NCBI GenBank assembly: GCA_034370385.1
Contig: JAXMKZ010000004.1
Coordinates: 1,238 to 65,237, forward strand
DNA from: Coriobacteriia bacterium
GTDB taxonomy: Bacteria; Actinomycetota; Coriobacteriia; Anaerosomatales; PHET01
DNA length: 64,000 bases
Reading direction: 5' to 3'
Shown one piece after another: positions 29,946-37,472 of the stretch. The notes beneath the pieces were generated by a model. It worked only from the letters and a program-made list of their open reading frames with translations. It was not told the DNA's origin and did not search any database. Position numbers and translations under genes: made by a program. Numbering within the stretch: the stretch's first letter is position 1; each line of letters begins with the position of its first letter.

Positions 29946-30605
29946 TCAGACGGGAGCGATCTCGGCAAGGAGCGCTGTGGACTCCGCAATCGCGTAGGTG
30001 CGCACCAAACCCCAGTCGTGCGGCACAAGCATCACCGGCTCGGGCTCACTCTCGGCGTCATCGAAGTAGGCCAGCGAACGCAACAGGTGAACGACGTTAT
30101 AGCGGACGCCGGGGTACTTGACCGGGAGCGCTCGCACGATGTCGCGAACGGTGACGCCCGCAGCAGCCAGATGGTACAGGTCGATGAAATCCTTCCGACT
30201 CCCGCGTTGCGAGATCGCGATCAGCTTCATGCAGCCGATATCGAGAAGGCTTGCCAAAGGCACCCCGAGCCCGGCGTCGACGGGCTCGGCGAGAAGCAGC
30301 GCCTCGTACCAGAAGAGACTCACTCGCACGCCATCAAACTCACCTACAAGCGTGCCCTCCTCCTGCCTGTCGATCACCATGCTTCCCCGCGCAGCCAGGT
30401 CGCCCAAGACCCGCGCAGTGCTCCAAGGGCGTTCGGTGAACAGGTCCAGGTCGAGGGATTGCCGGTGCCCCAGCTGCAGTGCCGCCGCAGTCCCGCCGGC
30501 CAGGTAGAACCCCGAGACCGAAGGAATCTCCGAGAGAATGTGCAGCACCGACGCCGTCTCCGCGTCGATGACCTCCCGATGTGGCTCGACCGTCTCACGC
30601 GACAT
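29946..30605 (-). CDS. Short AbiEii/DUF1814-like nucleotidyltransferase toxin
   Basis: FYLAGGTAAALQLGHRQSLDLDLF matches the GGTA..L...HR.S.DLD motif. ATG 30605 overlaps the end of the upstream HTH gene; the longest ORF starts at 30641 (GTG). Confidence 0.7.
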   Translation of the reverse strand: MSRETVEPHREVIDAETASVLHILSEIPSVSGFYLAGGTAAALQLGHRQSLDLDLFTERPWSTARVLGDLAARGSMVIDRQEEGTLVGEFDGVRVSLFWYEALLLAEPVDAGLGVPLASLLDIGCMKLIAISQRGSRKDFIDLYHLAAAGVTVRDIVRALPVKYPGVRYNVVHLLRSLAYFDDAESEPEPVMLVPHDWGLVRTYAIAESTALLAEIAPV

Positions 30606-31056
30606 CGCGGATTCTCGCCTCCAGGATGTTCGTCCAGGCACTCGCCGCTTTGTGCGACAAACCGCGCGACGTTCGTGCCACCTCCAGAATGCGCTCTACC
30701 GGGTACGTCGAGAACAGCCACCGCAGGTGCACCGGACGCCCCGCTTCGAGGATGCGCTCGATGATGAAGCGAGCATGGCGTTCTGGGTCGAGTGACTCCA
30801 CGTCTACGTCCCAGAAGACGGCTGCGCGCTCCGCTGTGGGGACTCCACGATCCTGGATGCTGGAGACCGGCGGGCTGATCATCTCGCGCACCGCTGCCCT
30901 TGGGATGCGCGTGACGCGCTCGGATACCCGCGTGGCGGGCAGCTTGCCCGCCACGATCCACAGATGAACGGTCCGCGCGGTCACACCGAGCATCGCCGCC
31001 GCTTCACGGGCAGAGAGGTAGTCCTTGGGAGCGAGATCAGTGCCCGAAGTATCCAT
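30595..31056 (-). CDS. Excisionase/MerR-type HTH protein with C-terminal domain; presumed cognate antitoxin
   Basis: YLSAREAAAMLGVTARTVHLWIVAGKLPATRV (HTH_17-like), then FWDVDVESLDPERHARFIIERILEAG. Overlaps the downstream nucleotidyltransferase gene. Confidence 0.65.
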   Translation of the reverse strand: MDTSGTDLAPKDYLSAREAAAMLGVTARTVHLWIVAGKLPATRVSERVTRIPRAAVREMISPPVSSIQDRGVPTAERAAVFWDVDVESLDPERHARFIIERILEAGRPVHLRWLFSTYPVERILEVARTSRGLSHKAASAWTNILEARIRDVA

Positions 31057-31116
31057 GTCGGTATTCTACCACTTCGAGCTGGCTTGTTTCTCTTATTTCT
31101 CTTATCGGGTGCCGCC

Positions 31117-32325
31117 TCATCCCCGCTGCGCGCAGTACGGCAGCGAGTCCTCGCGGATCTCCTCGCCCTGCAGGCGATGTGCGAGAGCTGCGACAAGTGC
31201 TCGGGCGCGCGCGCAGAATTCGCCGGCACCGAGCCGCGCGGGATCGATCTCGGCGGCACCCGCGACCGTGTCGAGCAGCCGGTCAGCCCCCACGTAGTGC
31301 GCGGTCCTGCCACCGCCACGCGCCTCGATCAGGCCTGCCGCGACGAGCTTGCGCAGGTCCTGGACGGCAGTAACGTCCGAGACGTCGGCCACGGCACGGT
31401 AGTACCGGTTGGTCACTGCTCGCCCGAACAGCGCGTCGTAGAGCGCGTGCGATGCGCGCTCGTTCAGCTGCAGATCGTGCACGGCTATGTCGGTCAGCAC
31501 GGTCCACAGCGCACGCTCGAGCGTATCCCTGAGCGAGAGCGCCTCTGCCTGAGTCGCTTGCGCCGCGACGTGCGCGGACACGAACGGCGTCACGTCGGCG
31601 GCCTCGTCATAGGAGTCGCCCAGGCACTCGAACGCCTCGTAGTACGCATCGACGTGACGCCCCCACCACTCCTCAAGGCTCGTGAACTGGGGTGCCCGGT
31701 AGCCTCCCCGATACATGACGAGCGAGGAAAGAACCCGAGCAGTCCGACCGTTGCCGTCGCGGAACGGGTGAATGGCCGCCATCCGTACATGAGCGGCCGC
31801 CGCCGCGACGGGAGCGTCCTTCTCGCACGCTCCGAGCCAGTCACAGAGCTCGTCGAGCAGACCGGCGACCGATTCCGGCATCACCGGCTGAAAGACCTGT
31901 TCGCCGGTCGAGGCGTTCGCGAGCCAGTTCTGCACGCGCCGAATGCGGCCGGCTTCCGCAGCGTACGAGCCGCCCATCACGCTGCGGTGGACGGCCAAGA
32001 TCAGCTCGCGCTGCCAGACGAACCCGGAGTCGTCGGCGCGACTCAGTACCAACGCCATCGCCTCGCGATACGCCATGAGTTCCGCTGCATCGCCAGCGCT
32101 CACCGAGGCGGGACGGTCCCCCATGAGGATGCGACGCGCCTCATCGGCGGTGACGTTCACGCCCTCGAGCCTCACCGAGGCCGAGGCCGCCTCCGCGACC
32201 AGGTCCGCGCGCGTCCGCCCCGCCCACACGCGCGGCAGCGGCCCCCGGCGGTCGAGCTGCTCGCGCAGGTGCTCGATTCGCGCGACGTGAGCCGCTGTGG
32301 CATCGGTGATGTGGAAGCGAAACAC
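31117..32325 (-). CDS. Fic-family protein (AMPylase-type) with N-terminal inhibitory motif and C-terminal wHTH
   Basis: HPFRDGNGRTAR is the Fic motif HxFx(D/E)GNGRxxR. SVRLEG matches the inhibitory (S/T)xxxE(G/N). C-terminal VQDLRKLVAAGLIEARGGGRTAHY. GTG start with an AAGGGG SD. Confidence 0.9.
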   Translation of the reverse strand: MFRFHITDATAAHVARIEHLREQLDRRGPLPRVWAGRTRADLVAEAASASVRLEGVNVTADEARRILMGDRPASVSAGDAAELMAYREAMALVLSRADDSGFVWQRELILAVHRSVMGGSYAAEAGRIRRVQNWLANASTGEQVFQPVMPESVAGLLDELCDWLGACEKDAPVAAAAAHVRMAAIHPFRDGNGRTARVLSSLVMYRGGYRAPQFTSLEEWWGRHVDAYYEAFECLGDSYDEAADVTPFVSAHVAAQATQAEALSLRDTLERALWTVLTDIAVHDLQLNERASHALYDALFGRAVTNRYYRAVADVSDVTAVQDLRKLVAAGLIEARGGGRTAHYVGADRLLDTVAGAAEIDPARLGAGEFCARARALVAALAHRLQGEEIREDSLPYCAQRG

Positions 32326-32350
32326 GGACGCACCCCTTGCTCGTGGCGAA

Positions 32351-32385
32351 TAAACACTTAAACACTTTAGCGAATAGGTGTTTAA
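32351..32385 (-). promoter_or_regulatory. AT-rich promoter/operator candidate upstream of fic
   Basis: TAAACAC (32351-57), TTAAACAC (32358-65), a 12-nt spacer, then GTGTTTAA (32378-85). That is a perfect 8-bp inverted repeat plus an extra direct half-site, in the lowest-GC stretch of the window. Confidence 0.4.
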
Positions 32386-32456
32386 TCGCCAAGCACTGTG
32401 CGTTGTTTCCCATCAGATGGTAAGAATCTCACCACGCGATGGGAAAACGTGCAGAC

Positions 32457-33542
32457 CTACGCCCCCATCGCGGCCGTGTACGCCGCGAGGTCGTCCCGGG
32501 TCACGTCGGTCGGGCTCTCGCCTTCGCCCACACGCTGGTACCAGGTGACCGTGCGCTCCACCGCCGTCTGGAAGTCCCAGACGGGCCGCCAACCGAGCTC
32601 TCGCTTGGCCTTGGCGATGTCGAGCACGAGCATCCCGGCCTCATAGGGCGCCTCGCCCGAATCCGGCACGTCCCACTCGCCCGCTCCCCAGGCACCCAGC
32701 GCGCACTCGACCAGCTCGCGAACGGTGTGGACATCCTCGGGCTCCGGTCCGAAGTTGAACGCGTCGGCGAACTCCTGACCCCGCTCCAAGAGGGCCGCGG
32801 CAAGGGACAGGTAGCCCGCGAGCGGCTCCAAGACATGCTGCCACGGTCGGATGGTCTCAGGCCTGCGGATTCGCACGGGCTCGCCCACAGCAAGCGCGCG
32901 CACGACGTCAGGGATGATGCGGTCGTTGGACCAGTCCCCGCCGCCGATGACGTTGCCCGAGCGCGCAGTGGCGATTGCGGCCCCGCCATCCGAGAGGAAC
33001 GAGCGCCGGTACGATGCGCTGACGATCTCGGAGCACGCCTTGCTCGCCGAGTACGGGTCGCGACCACCGAGGATCGACTCCTCGACGAACGCCTCGCCTG
33101 TCTCGGGATTCTCGTAGACCTTGTCGGTGGTGACGTTGACCACCGCACGCGTCTCGGTGCTCGACCGCACGGCCTCGAGGACGTTGACGGTCCCCATCAC
33201 GTTGGTATCGAACGTGTAGCGCGGCTCGGCGTAGGAACGAAGTACCGCCGGCTGTGCCGCCAGATGGAACACCACCTCGGGACGAACCTCGGCGAAGACG
33301 CGCGCAACGCGCTCGGAATCGCGGATGTCTCCGATACGACTGTCCATGTGATGCGCAAGCAGCATCTCAGCAAACAGCGCGGGCGACGAGTCCGGCTCCA
33401 GGGCCAACCCGGTGACCTCCGCGCCCATGTCGAGCAGCCAGCGAGTGAGCCACGATCCCTTGAACCCCGTGTGGCCGGTGAGAAGGATCCTTCGACCCGC
33501 AAAGGCGCTTCTCGGGTCAGGCAAGCGGATAGCCGACGCCAT
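32457..33542 (-). CDS. rfbG: CDP-glucose 4,6-dehydratase, second (orphan) paralog
   Basis: 361 aa. [46 protein letters not shown]. It aligns end to end with 24480-25619, with roughly two-thirds identity by eye. No adjacent cytidylyltransferase. Confidence 0.85.
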   Translation of the reverse strand: MASAIRLPDPRSAFAGRRILLTGHTGFKGSWLTRWLLDMGAEVTGLALEPDSSPALFAEMLLAHHMDSRIGDIRDSERVARVFAEVRPEVVFHLAAQPAVLRSYAEPRYTFDTNVMGTVNVLEAVRSSTETRAVVNVTTDKVYENPETGEAFVEESILGGRDPYSASKACSEIVSASYRRSFLSDGGAAIATARSGNVIGGGDWSNDRIIPDVVRALAVGEPVRIRRPETIRPWQHVLEPLAGYLSLAAALLERGQEFADAFNFGPEPEDVHTVRELVECALGAWGAGEWDVPDSGEAPYEAGMLVLDIAKAKRELGWRPVWDFQTAVERTVTWYQRVGEGESPTDVTRDDLAAYTAAMGA

Positions 33543-33639
33543 AGTCGATGCCCCCAGACGCTTGTGCCGGACTGCCCCCGTTTCCTGAAGAAGACTATAC
33601 GCCTGCCGGGGCGGAGTTGTCCCGCCGACATCGGCCAGC

Positions 33640-33694
33640 GGCTGACCGCCGGCTGACCGAGCGGCCGACCGAGCGGCCGACCTGACGGCTGACC
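33640..33694. repeat. Five tandem copies of GGCYGACC with 11-12 nt period
   Basis: GGCTGACC at 33640, 33651 and 33687; GGCCGACC at 33663 and 33675. Intergenic, immediately 3' of the galU stop and about 100 nt 5' of the rfbG paralog start. Confidence 0.8.
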
Positions 33695-34552
33695 CTACCT
33701 GCCGAGCAGCCCGTCAAGGCGTCCGCGCAGCTCAGGACCGTACTCGGGGGAGTTCAGTGCCAGCGCGACGTTGGCCTCCAGCCAGGACAGCACGTTTCCG
33801 GTGTCGAAGCCCTCGGCCGGATCGACGACCACGGCGTAGAGCTCTTCGACCTCGAGCAGCTTGACCAGCGCATCGGTGAGCTGGATCTCATCGCCGCGTC
33901 CGGGCCGAACCTCCGGCAGCAGCTGCATCACGCGCGGGGTGAGCAGGTAGCGCCCGAAGATGGCGAGGTTGCTCGGTGCTTCGTTGACGGGCGGCTTCTC
34001 GACCAGGCCGGTGACGCGCCATGCGTCGTCGCCGACTTCGTGCCCCTCGATGACGCCATACCTGCTGACCATGTCATCGGGCACCGGCATGACGGCGATG
34101 ACACTCGCGCCCGTACGCCGATGGACCTCGAGCAGCCGAGGCAGCACGCAGTTGCAGGGCACGAGCATGTCGCCCAGGAGCACGTAGAAGGGCTCGTCAT
34201 CGGTGAAGGGCGCACCGCACAGCACCGCGTGACCGAGGCCCTTGGGCTTCTTCTGCCGCACGTAGAAGACCTCGGCGAGGTCGGAGATGCGGCGTACCTG
34301 CCGAAGACGATCGGTGTTGCCGGTGGACTCCAGCAGCTCCTCGAGTTCGATGGAGCGGTCGAAGTGATCCTCGATGGCGCGTTTGCCGCGCCCCGTCACG
34401 ATGAGGATGTCATCGGCCTCAGCCGCTACCGCCTCCTCGACGACGTACTGGATGACCGGCTTGTCGACGACGGGAAGCATCTCTTTGGGCTGCGACTTCG
34501 TCGCGGGCAGGAAGCGGGTGCCCAGACCTGCTGCAGGGATGATGGCCTTCAT
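33695..34552 (-). CDS. galU: UTP--glucose-1-phosphate uridylyltransferase
   Basis: MKAIIPAAGLGTRFLPATKSQPKEMLPVVDKPVIQYVVEEA...VRQKKPKGLGHAV. ATG 34552 with a GGAGGA SD. Confidence 0.95.
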   Translation of the reverse strand: MKAIIPAAGLGTRFLPATKSQPKEMLPVVDKPVIQYVVEEAVAAEADDILIVTGRGKRAIEDHFDRSIELEELLESTGNTDRLRQVRRISDLAEVFYVRQKKPKGLGHAVLCGAPFTDDEPFYVLLGDMLVPCNCVLPRLLEVHRRTGASVIAVMPVPDDMVSRYGVIEGHEVGDDAWRVTGLVEKPPVNEAPSNLAIFGRYLLTPRVMQLLPEVRPGRGDEIQLTDALVKLLEVEELYAVVVDPAEGFDTGNVLSWLEANVALALNSPEYGPELRGRLDGLLGR

Positions 34553-34665
34553 CTGACGAGTCCTCCAGGTGACGTTCGGAATCGGTTGCTGCAATGCGTG
34601 GGCGCGGGTCGGCGGTCAGCGCACATCAGCGCACGCGGAGAAGTATCCCACACCGCATGGGCGTG

Positions 34666-35088
34666 TCAGGTGCGAAACGGATTCTCGAAGCGCACACCCT
34701 CGACCTCTCGCCCGTGCGTGAACTCCTCTGTGTATACGAGCGAGATGCCGTTGAGTCTGGCCACGGCCCAGATCTGGGCGTCGTAGAAGGCGAAACCATG
34801 GCGCTCGACGCCACGCCCGGCCTCGAGCACGACCTCAGGCGTGGTGTCGTGAACGGTGAACAAGGCGGTGAGAGCCCTCGCCTGGTCAAGCGCCTCCGAC
34901 ATGTCCAACCGATGGCGAAACTTCCTCGCCACGACGTTCACATACTCACCAAGCACCTGAACGCACACCGCGCCTTCCCCCGTCGTGGCCAGTTCGCGCA
35001 CCAAGGCGATCGCGCGCGCCTGCTTCTGGGGCGCGTCTGCATCGTGCGCGTACACGAGCACGTTAGTGTCGATCAGTGCCGCGCTCAT
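34666..35088 (-). CDS. vapC: PIN-domain toxin (VapC family)
   Basis: MSAALIDTNVLVYAHD...; later acidic residues (FYDAQIWA). 140 aa. Confidence 0.8.
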   Translation of the reverse strand: MSAALIDTNVLVYAHDADAPQKQARAIALVRELATTGEGAVCVQVLGEYVNVVARKFRHRLDMSEALDQARALTALFTVHDTTPEVVLEAGRGVERHGFAFYDAQIWAVARLNGISLVYTEEFTHGREVEGVRFENPFRT

Positions 35089-35323
35089 GAATCTCCTCAC
35101 GCGTCCACTTTTGCCCGCCGCTGGACGCCTTGCTCGTGAGCGCACCCTGCACGAACTGCTCGCATAGCTTCATCCGATACTCGCGGTCCGTTTCCTCGAT
35201 CTGACGGTCGATGGCCCGTCTGACAAGGGCGGATTGCGAGACGCCCAGTACCGCCGCGCGCTCCTCGAGCAGACGGTCCTGTTCAGGCGAGATGACGATC
35301 TGCTTGCGCACCATGCGGGCCAT
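35063..35323 (-). CDS. vapB: Ribbon-helix-helix (CopG/VapB-like) antitoxin
   Basis: MARMVRKQIVISPEQDRLLEERAAVLGVSQSALVRRAI is an RHH pattern. It overlaps the vapC start by 26 nt. Confidence 0.65.
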   Translation of the reverse strand: MARMVRKQIVISPEQDRLLEERAAVLGVSQSALVRRAIDRQIEETDREYRMKLCEQFVQGALTSKASSGGQKWTREEIHERGTDRH

Positions 35324-35440
35324 GCTGACACCTGCTCCCAACCGCGCTCTTACCGCACTCATACCCAGTACTACACATCTACGTTACACATCCTACCACG
35401 CGACCCCTCCTCGGAGCGCGGCACGCCGATAGCCGTGCAC

Positions 35441-35476
35441 AAAGAGAAAGGGCCCGCGCTGCATGCACGCCGGCCC
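35441..35476 (-). terminator. Intrinsic terminator downstream of hemL
   Basis: The minus strand reads GGGCCGGCGTGCATGCAGCGCGGGCCC followed by TTTCTCTTT. The stem is GGGCC/GGCCC plus 3 further bp. Confidence 0.65.
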
Positions 35477-35503
35477 TGTGGTTCGTCGTGGATTCGAGCC
35501 GCG

Positions 35504-36784
35504 CTACAGCGTCGCGAGTACCTCGCCGGCAGCCGCGACGAACGCGTCGATCTCCTCGTCGGTGTGCGCCATCGAGACGAAACAGGCCTCGAACTGGCTT
35601 GGCGCAAGCCAGTAGCCACGATCGAGCATTCCGCGGAAGAACCGCGCGTACCGGTCGGTGTCGCAGGTGGAAGCGCTCGCCCAGCTGCTCACCTCGAGGT
35701 GGGTGAAGAACATCGTCGACATCGAGCCGACGCGATTGCAGTGCGTGTGAATGGCGGCGCTGCCGGCGGCGCGGCACAGGCCGTCGGCCAGCTTCTTGCC
35801 CTTGCGGTCGAGCTCCGCGTACACGCCCGGCTCGGATAGTCCCGCAATCGTGGCGAGTCCCGCGACCATGGCCACGGGGTTACCCGACAGCGTCCCGGCC
35901 TGGTAGACCGGCCCCTCGGGCGCGAGGTGCCGCATGATCTCGGCCTTGCCGCCGAACGCTCCCACCGGGAAACCGCCGCCGATGATCTTGCCCAGCGTGG
36001 TCAGGTCCGGGGTGACTCCGTAGAGCTCCTGCGCGCCGCCGAGCGCCACGCGGAAACCGGAGATGACCTCATCGAAGATGAGGACGGTCCCGTGCTCGTC
36101 GCACAGGTCCCGCAAGCCCTTGAGAAAGCCCGGCTTCGGCGGCACGACACCCATGTTGCCGGCGATCGGCTCAAGGATGATGGCCGCGATCTGCTCCGGA
36201 TGGGCCTCGAGCGCCTCGCGCACCGCGTCAACGTCGTTGTACGGCAGCACGACGGTGTCCTTCGCGGCCCCTTCGGTCACTCCCGGCGTGCCGGGAATCG
36301 ACAGGGTCAGCAGTCCCGAACCCGCCGCCACCAGCAGCGCGTCTGAGTGGCCGTGGTAGTTGCCATCGAACTTGATGAACTTCTCGCGTCCGGTGTAGCC
36401 ACGCGCCAGGCGAATGGCGCTCATCGTCGCTTCGGTGCCGCTTGAGACGAAGCGCACCATCTCGACGCTCGGCACCGCGTTGATGACGGCCTGGGCCGCG
36501 TCGATCTCTACGCACGTGGGCGCCCCGTAGCTCGTCCCCAGCTCCAGCTGGGCACGTACGGCCTCGAGAACGGGCTCGTAACCGTGCCCCAGGATCATCG
36601 GGCCCCAGCTGCCCACGAAGTCCACGTACTCGCGCCCGTCGATATCCCAGATGTGGCTGCCTTTGGCCCTCGCCACGAAACGAGGCTCGGTTCCCACGCT
36701 CTTGTAGGCGCGCACGGGCGAGTTCACGCCCCCGGGGATGACATCGCAGGCAGTACTGAAGGTGTCGTGTGAGGACTGAGTCAT
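35504..36784 (-). CDS. hemL: Glutamate-1-semialdehyde 2,1-aminomutase
   Basis: VIPGGVNSPVRAYKSVG...FVSSGTEATMSAIRLARG...FDEVISGFR... Confidence 0.95.
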   Translation of the reverse strand: MTQSSHDTFSTACDVIPGGVNSPVRAYKSVGTEPRFVARAKGSHIWDIDGREYVDFVGSWGPMILGHGYEPVLEAVRAQLELGTSYGAPTCVEIDAAQAVINAVPSVEMVRFVSSGTEATMSAIRLARGYTGREKFIKFDGNYHGHSDALLVAAGSGLLTLSIPGTPGVTEGAAKDTVVLPYNDVDAVREALEAHPEQIAAIILEPIAGNMGVVPPKPGFLKGLRDLCDEHGTVLIFDEVISGFRVALGGAQELYGVTPDLTTLGKIIGGGFPVGAFGGKAEIMRHLAPEGPVYQAGTLSGNPVAMVAGLATIAGLSEPGVYAELDRKGKKLADGLCRAAGSAAIHTHCNRVGSMSTMFFTHLEVSSWASASTCDTDRYARFFRGMLDRGYWLAPSQFEACFVSMAHTDEEIDAFVAAAGEVLATL

Positions 36785-36903
36785 GGGAACTCGACCTTTC
36801 CTTTGAGGCAATCAGATACGCGCGCAACCGGGGTCCGACGCCCACGGCGCAGCCCTGACATAGTACCCCAGGAGGGGCGAGGAGCGTTGGCGACGGCGGC
36901 CCG

Positions 36904-37314
36904 TCAGTGCCTGCTGCGCTTGGCCGCCAAGACCGTCGCGACACCCGTGACAGCGGGGGCCACGAAGAATACCGCCGTGATCGCATACAAGACCGCGTCC
37001 GGCATCATACGGTCGAACGCGAGGCGCAGGTAGGCGAACACCGCCGCGTACGCGATCGCTCCCCCCAGCGCGATGAACCGGACCCTACTGGTGGACAGCA
37101 TCGCAGCGGCCGCAGAGAGCGTAGTGAGGCCCAGCAGCCCCGCCGTCAGGAAAAGGCCGCTGTCATCGTCGATAGTCATGCCGCCGAAGAGGCCTGCGAC
37201 GAGACCCGCCCATGCCACCACGCACACCACACCGACCCCGAGCGGCACCGCAGTCGCCACCCAGGCCGGTCGATGCCGCAGAAACTCCTTCGCCCCCGTG
37301 CGAGCGTCCGTCAT
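36904..37314 (-). CDS. Hypothetical membrane protein (about 4 TM)
   Basis: 136 aa with hydrophobic segments. AAGGAGAG SD before the ATG. No recognisable motif. Confidence 0.55.
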   Translation of the reverse strand: MTDARTGAKEFLRHRPAWVATAVPLGVGVVCVVAWAGLVAGLFGGMTIDDDSGLFLTAGLLGLTTLSAAAAMLSTSRVRFIALGGAIAYAAVFAYLRLAFDRMMPDAVLYAITAVFFVAPAVTGVATVLAAKRSRH

Positions 37315-37472
37315 CAGCTCTCCTTGAAGGTCGATGTTTGTCCTGTCATCAGTTCTGTTCCGGACGGCTCAGTCCTTCACGAAATCCGCGAACGGCAAGG
37401 CGGGATGGGTGAATCGCCCTACTCGATGCCCGACAGAGCCCAGACCGCGTCGGCCGGCCTGATGTACCGGTA

